This document shows, piece by piece, positions 43,017 through 56,657 of a stretch of DNA of 64,000 nucleotides. Numbering within the stretch: the stretch's first letter is position 1; every line of letters starts with the position of its first letter. Source of the DNA: Callorhinchus milii (taxonomy: Eukaryota); NCBI RefSeq assembly GCF_018977255.1, contig NW_024704760.1, positions 2,914,001-2,978,000 of the forward strand. Reading direction: 5' to 3'. The notes beneath the pieces were generated by a model. That model saw only the letters and a list, made by a program, of their open reading frames with translations. It searched no databases and was not told where the DNA came from. The position numbers were made by a program, and so were the translations under genes.

Positions 43017-43320
43017 GAGAAAGAAAAAGAGAGAGGAGGGAGAGAGGAGAGAAAGAGAAGGAGACGGGGGGGGGGGGGGGGGGGAGAGAGAAAGAGGGTG
43101 AGAGGGAGGGAGAGAGAGAGAGTGAGAGGGTGGGAGTGAGAGGGAGAGAGAGGGGGTGAGAGAGAGGGTGAGAGAGAAAAAGGGAGGAGAGGGTGGGAGA
43201 GAGAGAGAGAGAGAGAGAGCGGGTGAGAGAGAAAAAGGGTGGAGAGGGTGCGAGAAAGACTGAAGGAAAGGAGGGAGAAAGAGAAGGGAGCGAGAGAAAG
43301 AGAAGGGAGAGAGGAGGCTG
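43017..43320. repeat. Polypurine (GA-rich) low-complexity tract between assembly gaps
   Basis: Almost entirely G/A on the plus strand, including a long G run at about 43066-43084. Confidence 0.85.
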
Positions 43321-43470
43321 CATTGCATNNNNNNNNNNNNNNNNNNNNNNNNNNNNNNNNNNNNNNNNNNNNNNNNNNNNNNNNNNNNNNNNNNNNNNNN
43401 NNNNNNNNNNNNNNNNNNNNNNNNNNNNNNNNNNNNNNNNNNNNNNNNNNNNNNNNNNNNNNNNNNNNNN

Positions 43471-43725
43471 ACAATGCCTAAGACAGCAGCAGCCCCTGTG
43501 CTACAGCAACAGCGCAGTTTGCACATCTTTGTGGAGCCACTGGGACAACAGCAGAGCCAACGAACCAACACCAACACCAACAGCAGCATCATCGTGCAGT
43601 GCATGTGGTTGGAGAAAAATCCCGGCTCATCGCCAGTTGCCCCCTGTCTGCCCAACAAGCCGGGCTGCGTCAGGTTCAAACAGGGAGCCCACAGACCCAG
43701 GGACGTGAGGACCATCTTCCTCCAT

Positions 43726-43772
<47 letters not shown>

Positions 43773-43899
43773 GCCACAGAAAGACCCCAGGGTACCCGAG
43801 GAGAAGGGAGAGGGGCACAACTTCTCTCCCTGCGCTGTGTACAACTGGTGCGATGTGTGCGGAAAGAGAATCAACGCGTGCAAAGAGGCTGTCAGGTGT
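43471..43899 (+). CDS. RASSF5: RASSF5 (NORE1A) coding exon 1, partial: the 3' end and possibly the true start lie in N gaps; N-terminal half of the C1 zinc finger
   Basis: Open frame ...RPRDVRTIFLH(Q16)PQKDPRVPEEKGEGHNFSPCAVYNWCDVCGKRINACKEAVRC resembles recalled human NORE1A RPRDVRSIFEQPQDPRVPAERGEGHCF...WCDLCG...ALRC. The ATG at 43474 may or may not be the initiator. Confidence 0.88.
43726..43773 (+). repeat. (CAG)10(CAA)3(CAG)3 coding polyglutamine repeat
   Basis: Read directly; in frame with RASSF5 exon 1. Confidence 0.95.
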
Positions 43900-44194
43900 N
43901 NNNNNNNNNNNNNNNNNNNNNNNNNNNNNNNNNNNNNNNNNNNNNNNNNNNNNNNNNNNNNNNNNNNNNNNNNNNNNNNNNNNNNNNNNNNNNNNNNNNN
44001 NNNNNNNNNNNNNNNNNNNNNNNNNNNNNNNTAATAATCATCATAATAATCGTTGCGTTTGATTTAGCGTCTTATCGCGTCTTCGAGAGACGTCTCAAAA
44101 CGCTTCGCGGAATATACCGTACAGCGGAGTGACTGTGTATTTTGTGGGCGAAACGCTGCAAGCCAATAGCGCACCGCAACGTCCCCACAGCAGT

Positions 44195-44332
44195 GACCGA
44201 GGTGGATAGGTCAGGGTATTAAGGGATGCGGGGCAAGGGCAGGTCATTGGACTTGAGGTACAGATCAGCCATGATCTTACAGAATGGCGGAACAGGCTCG
44301 AGGGGCTGAATGGCCTCCTGCTGTTCCTATAT
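44195..44332 (+). mobile_element. CR1 LINE 3' UTR fragment
   Basis: GATCAGCCATGATCTTACAGAATGGCGGAACAGGCTCGAGGGGCTGAATGGCCTCCTGCTGTTCCTAT is the typical chondrichthyan CR1 3' end as recalled. Weaker copies at about 15770-15880, 36670-36780 (-), 38960-39115 and 40660-40740. Confidence 0.7.
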
Positions 44333-45367
44333 TAGTGGAGCTAATTTATTTACCTGTGACATTGTCAAAGAGAGGAGAAAATGATTGATGAGGAATAGAG
44401 TTGTGTTGCTGCCCTGTGTCCAGTCCTGTTTCACTTAAGTCCAAACTCAAGGTGGTTTTGCTACAGATACACAGAACGTAGGTCGGAGATACCAATGTGG
44501 GTAGAGAACCGCTCCCGTGTGCTCATGCCACCCGGGAATAGTAACACTAATAATAATCCTTGCGTGTGATATAGTGCTGTCCATGTCAGGCAGATGTCTT
44601 TGCTCAGCGTCCAACCTCATCATTTTTGCAGTGTTCCGAGATGCGATAGCTGTGTGAAGGGAAGTGCGCAATGTAAGTGCAAGTTGTTGTTGTTGTTGTC
44701 TCAGGGTGCTTTGCAGGTTTTTACTGTAAAGTACAGTGACTGTGTACTTGTAGCTGAATGCGTATGGTTGGGCAGGACATTGGGAGGAACTCCCTTCTCT
44801 TTTTCAAATAGTGCTGTGGTATCTTTGGAACTCTGGAACGCTCTCTCCCTCCGTATCCCATGTCACTGAAAAGCGCTCTGGGACGATGAGGGGCACTAAA
44901 TAAATGCAAGTTGCTGTTGCTATGAGATCTTCAATATCTGAATCAACAGTGAGACAGGACTTTGGTTTAACATCTCATCCAGAGGACAGTGTCTCTGACA
45001 ATCCAGCACTCCCCACAGCATTATATCAGAGTGCCACTCCCCTGTTATTTTTCTTTTTCCAGTGTATGTCTCAGTTTGCGGGACCATAAGTTTTGGGGTT
45101 AGAATACTCTCTTCAAGCGAGTCTGGGGTGGAAAGTTAGTATCAGAAATTGGAATGAGCTAGGATGATGTCATTGGCATGACTTATGAAATATATCTAAT
45201 GGGAAAGACAGTCACATGAGGGGAACGTAACTTGCGTTTGTGTCAATACCGATTCACACGAGTCAGAGAGGAAGCAGGAGAACGTGTTTAAAACGTGTAT
45301 CCCTGGTGACATAAGGAACATCAGTTTGATCAAAAGAAGTTAAAATTAGTCATCAGCCACATTTGGA

Positions 45368-45409
<42 letters not shown>

Positions 45410-48400
45410 CCATGCATTTGATATAGCACTTTATCACGTCTTCAAGACGTCTCAAAAAGCACTTCACAGAATATACCGTGAAGTGAATTAACCGTATATT
45501 TTCTTTTTGAGACGTCTCGAAGATGTGATAAGGCGCTCTATCAAATGCAAGGATTATTATTATTATTATTTTGTGGGCGAAATGTTAATAATCTTGGTTA
45601 AAAAAATGAAGACTACGATAGGGGCTTACACAACCCCTTGGAAATTTGGACGCTAATGAATGAAGCTTGCAACGTCTATTTATTTTGTGGTTTTGCTACG
45701 CTACATTTCACAGTTAGTAACACTCAAGTCTGTTTGTCTGTGACATTTTTGAGCCAGAAGGGGTTGGACCAGCATCGGTGCGAAGCCACAAAGGAACATC
45801 AGCTTGTGTGACTCACGGGCCTGGAAGTTTGAGTAGTTATCCCTTTTGTCACTCTGTCTGCACTTGGTCAGTGAGTAAGAGGTACCACAGACTCTCTCCA
45901 ATCACAAACGTGTCGTTTACGAATAAAGTTGATCAGTTCTGACGTAAGTGATCATTTGGCAAAATTGATTGACGCACGGCTGCATTTCAATAAATCTCGA
46001 ATGTCAGCATTCGATAATTGCCGCGTTCAGTTTGTGTTTGCAATTCACTTTTCCGTGTGTTTTTCTTGACTCCAAGCTTGCATTTTTTTTTAACTTACTG
46101 GAATGCAGAATTTCTAAAGCTTTTTCCTCCTTCGTTTTCGTTCAGAAGGCAACAGCGAGGCTGACATTTCAGGAAAGAAGGGGAGTTTACATAATACTAC
46201 TGCTACTACTAATAATAATCCAATCGACTAACAACTGGGTTCCTACGTACTGCTAGGTAAACAGAGGCATGTGGAGCAAGGAAATGAAACGAGGTCCTCT
46301 CGCTTGCGAGGCAAACTGCCAACCATTACTCTACAGGACTCCACAAACTAGAGAAGTAGTTGAACATTGATGGCCATACTCAAACACGGTAGTTGTTCTG
46401 AATTTCTGTTGTGATCAATAACTGGGCAACGACTAGCGATGCTGGTGATTACATCTCACGTACAGGTATATTTAATGACTTTGCTGAGTTGTGGATGAGT
46501 GACTTGCTGGACACAGTGTAAGTGCTCCCTAGAAATTTGATGATCTCTTCCTGCATTCAGAAGGCATAAATTCATGTTTCAGTCGACCTGCTCTGGCTGT
46601 GTTTCTTTGTGAAAATTGTAAAGCTAAAAAACAATTTTGCTCCAATTATTCTATTTAAAACAATACTACTACTACTCATAATCCTTGTATTCGATACAAT
46701 GCCTTATCACATCTTTGAGATGGCTCAGAACGCTTTAGGGAATATCCTGTAAAGTGAATTGACTGTATATTTTGTGGACCAAACAAATATGGTTTACTAT
46801 TGTTTTAGTGTCTCGGTGAAGGGTTTTGAGATGTTCATCCTATGTGAAAGATCCTGTATAAAGTGACCAGTTACTGTATTATTTGGCTCGTGTGTGTTTG
46901 TGTGTTTGCTATGACAGTGTGAAAGTTAATCTGCTCAACAATGCGGCATTCAGTTTCTTGCTGCTAATGAGCCGTGTAAAATAGTTTATTCTCTCATAAA
47001 TCTGGTTACTCCTACACCATCATTGACCACAGTGCCACATGCTTAATCGTATAAATGCTAGGAATGAATGTGATAACGCAATTAAAGGTGAAGTGCGGTT
47101 TGCTGGATCGTTCAATAATCCTAGATGCTGTTTGTTGTACAGGGAGATGTTTGTACGCTTACAACAACAACAACAAATTACATTTGTATAGCGCCTTCCA
47201 CATCAGGAGGACATCCCCACCTGTACAATTGAATATATCACAGTCCTTACTTTGATATAGCGCCTTATCACATTGTCGAAACGGCTCAATGGGCTTCACG
47301 GGATTTACTGTAGAGTGTAGTGACTGAGTATTTCACAGGCAAACATGACAGCCAAATGCACACCTCAACATTCCCCGAACAGCCACAAACTGGCTAATGA
47401 CCAATTTTATCTGGCGGTAGAGGGGGGGAGAATTGTTGGCCAGGACAGCAGGAGGGAGAAACTCCCTTCTCTTTTTGAGTACAGTAATAGGATTTTGTCA
47501 AGTTATCTTTTGTGTGTGTGAGTGTGAGTGTGTGTGTGTGAAATGCATCTCTTGTTTCATCTCCTCTATACAGTCTCATAGCGCTCTCATACCGGGTTGG
47601 GGTGGGGGGGGGGATAAGAAGACTTTGCGGACACTGTACTGCTCTCTGCTCTCTTCCCACTGCTCACTCTTTTGGATAATGCATGTGATGTGGATCTACT
47701 TAAGAGGAAGGAAAATAAGTTAGGTTTGCAGGGGGAGGGGGAGAGGTGGGGGTATGGGGAGGCGAGGAGGAGGAACGGGGGAGAAAAGAGAGGGAGAAAA
47801 ACACAGGATGTTCAATTCTCAATAAAGATTCCGCTTTAAGAGGAGCAACAGTGTCATGTTGATGAGCCACATGTGGAGCGTCTGTTTGCACAGACTTGAT
47901 TTGTGGAGTCTCCCATGCCTCCTACATCTGCTACAAGACTGCGGTGTGTCACTGAGTTGTGCTGCACTCCCTTATTCTTGGCAGGGTCTCGCATATTTCA
48001 ATGCCCAGGACGTCAACACGAGGGATTTCCAGATTCCGAGGGTAAGTTTGGTGCCTCTGAAGAGAAGAAAGGAATGTGCGTTTGTTTAATTGCTATTGTG
48101 TGCAGTTACCGGCTGGGGGAAGAGGGTTTGGGGGGGGGTGTGTGTGGGGTGGGGGAGTTCTGCTCCCTGCGTGCATTCGACCTCCTTAGATTGTTGTCTG
48201 GAATTGATGGAGCTAAATCTGGAGTGTTTGATATAGGGAGGCGGGTACATGGTAACCAGGAGCCAAAACACTGTGACTGATTCACTTTGCCCCTCACTAA
48301 TTCAGGGGCACCGAAGATAACTGTAGAAACACCATCGCAGCCTTGGCTAACATCAACTAAGTCGCCACAGACCAGGACCAGAGATAGAAGTAGAGACATT

Positions 48401-48489
48401 TCTGGTTCGTGTGGCTCTGGTCCACAATGGGAAGTATCTTTATCCACTGAATAATTAGGGTAGCTTCCAATGTTATTATTATTATTATA

Positions 48490-48790
48490 TTGGTTAGAGC
48501 ATTCGCCTCGCAAGCGAGAGGGACCAGGTTCGATTCCCAAGCGGGCTGAAACCTTAGGCGTGTTTCCTTACTCCACGCACCTCTGTTGACTGAGCAGTAA
48601 GAAGGAACCTTGTTGTTAGTCGATTGGCGGATCGTTTTTCCGGGGGTAATAATCCCTTGAAAAAAACATTTGGCCACTCAATCCACGACTGTTTGTGGGG
48701 CACTGCTGTGCGCAATTGGCCGCCGCGTTTCATCCACAAAATGTACAGTCAATTCACGTTACATATATTCTTGTTTATATTTTTTGTTTA
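48490..48790 (+). mobile_element. tRNA-Ala-like SINE retaining the longer internal domain
   Basis: TGGTTAGAGCATTCGCCTCGCAAGCGAG..GGTTCGATTCCC, then GTTTCCTTACTCCACGCACCTCTGTTGACTGAGCAGTAAGAAGGAACC. Related copies at 50215-50365 (+), 52230-52545 (-) and 46215-46345 (-). Confidence 0.75.
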
Positions 48791-51700
48791 ACTATCTCCA
48801 GACTCATTAAATCGGTGCCAGGTATATTTGATATATTTAATCAATTCCACCTTCAAATCTGTTCCTTGACCTGGAAAATGATTTTATGACCATTGAACTC
48901 TTAAGTACCTTTCCATGGTTGGGGATAAATAATTCCTTATGTTACTCGTGCAGAGAGAGAGAAAGAGAGGAGGGGAAGCTTAGAGACTCCGACAGAACTG
49001 TGTCCTGTTTTTCGGTGCCAAAAAATAATCGTTGGCTCATCTCATTCAACCCAGTTTTTAATGATATTACAAGCTGCAAAGTGTGAACAAATCTCTTTTC
49101 CAGCAAGTATGTGGAAAAAGACAAATGTGGGGACATGGGAAACCCAAGAGAGATGGGAACTCGCCATGTGGTGGAGGGTGGATGTGGGCCCAATGCTCCC
49201 AAGGCTGTGTTTAACGCTTTAACTTCCGAATGTCCCCGTAACAACAGTCTGATACAAACCCCTCTTTTTAATCCAAACACTGAAGATGGTTCACCCATGC
49301 CTCAGGCACTATCTTACAGCTCGTTAACAAAACCTAGAGCACGCACGATGGGTTGAATGGTCTTCTTCTGCGCTAAACGTTTCTATGGTTCTACGTCTGA
49401 GAGTTGAGCGATGTAGGGATGTTGTAGAAATGATTCTTGTTAATATTAATATTATTAATAATCCTTGCATTTGATATAGCGCCTCATCACGTCGTCGAGC
49501 CGTCTCAAAGGGCTTCATAGGATTTACTGTAAACGTAGTATGACTGTGTATTTTGTGAGCGAAACACAGCAGCCATGTGCGCACAGCAACGTCCCACAAA
49601 CAGTCATGGAGTGAGCGACCAATCTCATTTGGGAGGTTGTTGGCCGGGACAACGGGAGAGAGTGAAACACCCTTCTCGCATCGAATCGGGCCCTGGGATC
49701 TTTAACAGCGCCCTGAATAGCCAGCGTCTTTTTAAAGAGTGTTGGGTTTAGTGGATAAAAATGGCTCTGTCCTCATTTGTGACAATGACAGTGTTGACAG
49801 CAGCTAATTGCAATGTCTCTGCGTGCTGTGGTCTCGCAGTGTTTCATTTTTAATTCTGGGATGAATGGGTCACTCGGAGAATAGAGGTAATTAAGGGGAG
49901 GGGGAGTTGTGGCTTTGTTAATGCAGGCTTGCATATAAATAATCGAAGCGACTTTGCGTCCAGTGCGCTAGATCTAAAAGGCTTAAATGCATCCAAGAAA
50001 GTCCAGATTGAACAGCAGTCAGTGTGTACACACAGGCCAGACAAGGCGTTCCGTGACTTGACGTCACGCGAGTATGTTCTGTAGTGAGGGCAGGTTATGG
50101 ACTCACCACTAGACTGTACACTTCCGACGCTGATTCACGGGCTTCTTGTGCAAGTGGGCACGCCTGCTCTGTGCACGTATGTTCTTTCTGGAGGAAAATG
50201 AGTTACGTTTGATGTGGAGTCCCGTAGTGTAGTGATTAGTGCACCCGCCTCGCAAGCAAGAGGACCCAGGTTTGATTCCTGGGCAGGGAGAAACCTTAGG
50301 CGAGTTTCCCGGTTTGTAGTCGATCGGCCGATCGCTTTCCGGAGGTAATAATCCCTCCAAAAAAAAGTTGGGAAGAGCAATGTTAGGCAAGCGCAACACT
50401 TTTGGGATGGAGTTTGGTTAATTGAGAATTTGAGAGCTCAAGTTGCACCTAAGTACTGACAGTACACACTGCATACCACACCACAGTGCTATCTTCCTGC
50501 TCTTTTGGTGTCTTGAGCGCTTGCAGACCAAGTTGCTCATTGCCCTCCGCAAGAATGACTGCGAGCAAGTTGGAGATGGCTGGGAATTTTGGTAAAATTA
50601 TTAGGAGAATCGGGAGTTTTTTCCTTGGTTTTCGCAAACCGAGCTCTCTTTCGGAAATCCTAAAACCACGTTGGAAATGCGAGGGTGAGTTTATTTCTTT
50701 AGCGACGCACCTCAGCTCTGCTCATAAACAACAACAATCCTTGCATTTGTAGAGCACCTTTCACGTTGGAAGCACATCTCGAAAGCGCTTCACAGGGTTT
50801 ACTGCTCAGTGACTGCAATTTGCAGGTGAATATTTTGTGTTTCGTACTTTGTAATGCCACAAATCTACCGTTTAGAAGGACCTTTGGATTTTGGAAAGTA
50901 CTTAGAAGAGAAAGACGGAATTGTGCAAAACAACGTACGATCTGTAATGAATAATAAACATGAATGCAATGTCAATGTTTTTACAAGCTGTTGCATGGCA
51001 TTTTGAGACATTTTAGACGGGTTTGCTATTTATTTATTTTTAGCAACCTTCAAAGAATAATATTTTACAAAATAATTTGAGTTGTGAAGTTAACTGGTAA
51101 CAGTTTCGTTCCTCAGTATCACGGTTGGTATTTTGTAGCTAAAACTAAATAAACAGCAAAACTTTAAATGAACAGCATTAAATAGATTTGGTCAACTCCT
51201 GTTGGGTAAATGTTGATGGAAAGCATAATGGAAGACATGTGGAAGGTTACGTGGCACTGTTTGAAAAGAAAAGTGAATTTCTCCTGTGTCCTGGTCAGCA
51301 AACTCTCCCTGATAATGAATAAATAATTGGTCATTCATGTCTTTGTGGGACATCACTGTGCCTGAGAAGTGAATGACCAATTCTTATTTTATTGTTTAGT
51401 GTCATTTATCACATCTCGGCCACAAAATATACAGTCAATTAACTTTACAATATACTCTGTGAGCCAGTTTGAGACGTCTCGATAACGTGATAAGGTGCTA
51501 TATCAAATGCAAGTAGTAGTATTGTTATTAATATTAATTATTATCAGAGTCATACTGAAATGCTAATAGAGTTCTCAGAATCTCTACAGTGAAACGGGCA
51601 AAAAATATTTCCGGGCACTTTCAGTTGCATCTATTATTATCATCTCTTCGACCGTGCCTTCAGCTCCCCTCTCGACTCTCTACCCCCTCCTCGCTCCCTC

Positions 51701-54700
51701 CCTTCCCTCCCCTCACCCTGGCCATTTCCCCCCAAGGCTCGGGTCCCGACCCAACTGTCCAGTGCCTTGGGACGTCCTCCCGACGTGAAAGGCGCCCCTA
51801 TAAACGAAATCTTGTTGTTGTTGTTGTATCAATGATATACAGTATTTCCTACAGTGTCTGTTTTGGAGAAAGGCATTAACCGCGCCCCCCACCCCTCCCC
51901 ACCCCAACCCAAATTCTTTGTGCCCCTGCGTTCTGGTCAGTGATATATAAAGTAAGTGATGGACTTGTTGATACATTCCTGGAAGTCTTGTTACTTTAGA
52001 GCTTTACCTCTGAACTTTCAGCCTGGCCTTAGTTGGTAGCACTCCACCCTCTGAGTCTGAAGGCTGTGGCCCTATGACACAACTTGGAACTCATAACGAT
52101 AGAAGTAACAAGGTATAAGTAACCCCTTTTTCCCCCACCCACACACCCCCACAGAAACACTGGTGACACATAGTTAAGAAAATGGATGATTGTGCCCGAA
52201 TTTTCACAATTATTTCTCTCCTATTAATATTAATAATAATCCTTGCATTTGATATAGCGCCTTATCACGCCGTTGAGACATCTCAAAGCGCTTCACAGAA
52301 TATATTTTAAAGTGAATTGACCATATATTTTGTGGGCGAAAGGTGGCAGCCAATTGCGCACAGCTGTGTCCCACAAACGGTCATGGATTGAATAAATTAT
52401 TCTAATAAACTAAATTATTATGATTATTTTTTAAGGGATTATTACCCCCGGAAAGCAATTGATTTACAATAGGGTTCCTACTTCTGCTGGGTAAACAGAG
52501 GCGTGTGGAGTAAGGAAACTTGCCTGGGTTTTGCCCCGCCCACTCTCACCAATTATCATTCTATTGCAAGGTTAAAAGGAAATGCGAAGGCCTCTTCACC
52601 ACTCAAAACAACGAGAAAAAGAAAGGATTTGATGAGACGTTGAGCCAAACAAATGTTTATTTCGATTGAATATCAGGAATTAATGGAAAACACAGGAGAA
52701 AGTTACTGCAAGTGCCCCATATGTTAGACGCCAGTGCCACAATTACAATATTATGTCTTGGATGGAAACCTGTGATATTGTTCTTGCAACGTGATTCCTG
52801 ATGCGAACGGAAAATATCCCTCCCCGGTCTTTCAGAGGAATATCTATTTATTATTTTGCCCGCCAAATGACATCCTTTTATCCGTTTCTATCAAGTTTGT
52901 TTAGCTTAGTGCTCAGGAAGATGCTTGACCTCGAATAGGGATAAGCTGTCAGGGTAATGAAAATTGAAACGTTTAGCTGGCAAATTCTATAAACGGCAAG
53001 GCCAAGTATCATTCTGTAGCTGGTCGCTCTCGATTTATCCTTGCAGGGGACTTGTGGATTTAATAGAATCAATGAGGCGTTGGAAATGGAACCGGAGTCT
53101 ATACCGTACAATACATAGAGTACTGACATAAAACATAGCTCAAGGGCACTCTGATTAGGGGGCAGTGAGTGCATTGAATACAATCTCTGCCTTAGGTCTC
53201 TCTACACCATATTATGCTTCTTGCTTTCTCTCTTGGTGACTAGGCTGGAAAAGAATGGGATGAAATCAGGCCATGTTTGTATATAATTCAAACAGTTCTG
53301 TAAATTCATCCCTTTGGAATTCCATTGTGCGGACTGATCGCTGACTTGATCCCTAGTTTTCCTACAAAGTCCCGTTGGATTTGCGTCGACAAACCTGACT
53401 TTTTTTTAAAGCTATGTGCAGCTCAGTGATTAGTGGCTGGTCATTGCATAATTGAGTACGGAGTGGTGAGAGAATTAATTATTAATAATTCTCGCAGTTG
53501 GTTATAACGCCTTTCATGTCAGCAGGGCATCCCAAAGTGCTTCACAGGATTTACTGTAAAATGGAGTGACTGAATTTGTAGGCGAATGCAGCAGCCCAAT
53601 TATGCACAGCGACATCCCACAAACAGTCGTTAGGCAAAGGACCATGTTTTATTGGGGGTAGTTTGCAGAGAATGTGTTTTATAGGCGAAAAAAAAGCAAT
53701 ATGAACATTTTAATGCTGCAGAGTACATAGCGATAGATGTATGTCCTAGCAAGACATATTCCACTTACGGTCAGAATTCTTTAATACAAAGGGCAACATT
53801 GACTGAAATGTCACGTTCTGTCAGAGCTTCCGATAAGTGTCCGAGTTCTGCACAGTAACCGAAGGGCGTGAAGGAGACCTTGGACACCTTTTCAGTCCTC
53901 GTTTAGCCAAGCAGAAAATTGCGTAGTTCGACGGAGCTCTCTGCATTGAAACTGAAGGGGTCAGCTAGAAATCACAGAAGGGGAGAGGACAGAGTTAGCA
54001 CTGACACTCACATAAGAGACTTGTAGGAAGCACTTTGCTGTGTCCGTATCTTAAGCAGCTACAGGTCCGAAACGCCACCAAGACTTAGCCTTTAAGAATG
54101 ACAAAGACTTGCATTTATATAGCAACCTTCACCCCGGGCAGCTCCAAAGTCTACGTTGGTCAGTGATGTCTCTCAGGGCCTGAAATGCTCTGAGATGCTG
54201 ACCTGCATGAGGGGCACAAGTTGTTGTTGAAGTTCTGTGGCCCGGAGTGTAAAATCTGGAAGTTGTAGGTCTGTGTGAAGTCCCAATGACCCGGGTGTGC
54301 CCCGACACTGTGGCATTGCTATGATTCAGTCCGTCAAACAGGAAAATAATTGGGAAGTTTCTTATTTAAAAAAAAATTAAACTTAGGCTTCAATTTTTTG
54401 TTTCGAGGTTTGACCTTGTCCTCTTTTCCTCCAAATTCATGGCTTTGCTCAGTAGATCCGCTTTTTTGTGGAACAGTCCTCTTTTACCATATGTCTTGTC
54501 CTTCCAGATAAAATCCCCAAGATAAAATTGGTCAATCCTTTCAGTGTCGTTGGTGGCACGTTGCTGTGTGCAAATTGGCTGCTGAGTTCGTCTACAAACT
54601 ACGCAGTGACCAGACTTTACAGTAAATCCTGTGAAGCTCTTTGAGGCATCCTCCTGACGTGAAAGGCACTTTCATCAAACGTAGGATTTTTTTTTAGGAT

Positions 54701-56329
54701 TAGTATAACGAGGGTGGGAGTTATGGAAAACAAAGACATTAAGTGGACTGGAAATCGTATCTAGCTTCTGCTCTGGATGTTTTGAGCGCAGCACGGAAGA
54801 TTATTCGGATTCTCCGCGTAGGAATTGGCTCTTTTTGATGTAAGTGAAAGCAGAAGTGAGGGGTGGAATTTTCAGTTAATGAGGTTTTTGGTTAAACTCG
54901 TCCATCGTCGCGACATCAGGTTGTGTTACGTCAGGGATTTTCCAGGAGTTCAGTTACAGTACATTATTCCCCTTATTAGGGTTTGTGTGATTTGGCATGG
55001 GCGCTAGGTTTGCGTTACCAACTACACATTATGAACCACTTGAGCTTTTTTCTAACCTACAGTATTAAATATTAAAACTTGCTCAGCTGCAAGTGTCTGC
55101 AAGTGACAAAATTACACAGAGAAATAAACATCATAAATGTAATAATAATAGTAATCCTAATAAACAAAGATTACTAGCAAAGAGAAGGGAGTTCCTCTCT
55201 CCCAGTGTCCTGGCCAACAATCCTCCCAGATAAAATCGATGACTCACTTCACGGCTGTTTGTGGGACATCACTGTGCACAAATTGGCTTCTTGCAAATTC
55301 ACAAACACTGCATTTTTACAGTAAATCCTGCGAAGCGCTTTGAGACATTTTGACATGATAAGACGCTATATCAATGCAAAGATCATTACTAGCATTATGC
55401 CAGGCACGGCTTTAGATCAAGGCTTATAAATCTGACTGTGTTTAAAGTGATGTAGAAATACTCAAAGTTTCCAAACCTGGCTTCCTTGAGAGCCAAAGTA
55501 TTGGAGTTTCTGCGTAAGGGGTCTGTCATGCTGCCAGCTTTTTGGGTAGTTTTTCAGTGTCTGCAGAAAGCCAGTCTGTATCCAGTATCAACATTAATGA
55601 CATAATCCACAGCCCAAGCACAGTTCTGGAATGGACGAATAGACTTGGTGAGATTAATAGTCAAACGTAATGTTATCATAACAATCTGTTCATTGAACAA
55701 AGTTTCATCATGAACTAATTAAACGCTACACGCATGCCTGTCACAACCAATGCTGGATTCAACAGAGACAGAATCTTAGTTTAATGTCTCATCCGAAGTA
55801 TGGCACCTCTGACATTGTAAAGCTCCCCCCGAACAGTGATGGAGTGTCAACCTAGACTGTGAGCTCAGAGTCTCAAAGTGGGATTTGAACTCACATGCTC
55901 CTGACACAGAGGTAAGAATACTACCAACTGAGCTAAATTTACTGATTCTGGTTTTGGAGAGAAAGCGGGGCAAACAGCCCAACCGTGAGTCATATTTGAA
56001 GCAAGAATGTTTTCCCCTCATAAAACGTTAGCGAGTGTTTACTAAGGAGCAGGAAAGGGTTAATTTTTCGGGGTTGACTGGTGTTGCTTTTTGAAGAGGT
56101 CGCACCACCTCAAGACTTGTGCATTCTTTATAAGTCTTAAGACGAGGTGAATGAGTAACTTCTTCCTGGAAAGGCAACCTATTAAAGTGTGCGGAACGCA
56201 CTACTTACTATCCAATGAATTTTTTGGCTCGTTTCCAGTACAGGTTAGATATCAGCTCTGGTCAAATTATTGAATGGTTTTAACTGAGCTGGTAACTTAT
56301 TTGTGTGAATGATTGACTGAGTAGGTCCA

Positions 56330-56657
56330 TATAATAATAATAATAATCCTTGCATTTGATATAGCGCTTTTCACGTCGGGAGGACGTCCCAAAGCGCTTC
56401 ACAGAACACACTGTAAAGTGAATTGACTGTATATTTGTGGGCGAACGCGGCAGCCAATTGCGCACAGCAATGTCCCACAAACAGTCGTGGATTGAAAATG
56501 ACCAATTTATTATTGTTTTTGGTTTTGGAGGGATTATTATTAGGCTCTGTGTGGAGTAAGGAAACTTGCCCAAGGTTTCGCCCTCTGCCTGGAATTGAAC
56601 TCAGGTCTCTTGCTTGCAAAGCGAGTGCTCTAACCACTGAGCTACAGGACTCCACGA
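56330..56657 (-). mobile_element. Near full-length young tRNA-Ala-like SINE with (TTA)n tail
   Basis: Same structure as 28545-28863 with only scattered differences. Confidence 0.85.

Larger units (their letters stand above)
42884..44031. other. Three assembly gaps (N at 42884-43016, 43329-43470, 43900-44031)
   Basis: N runs read directly; there is also a single N at 29147. Confidence 0.99.

Noticed and set aside
42160-43474. Long ORFs spanning N runs
   Set aside because: Artefacts of gaps and GA/CT low-complexity sequence.
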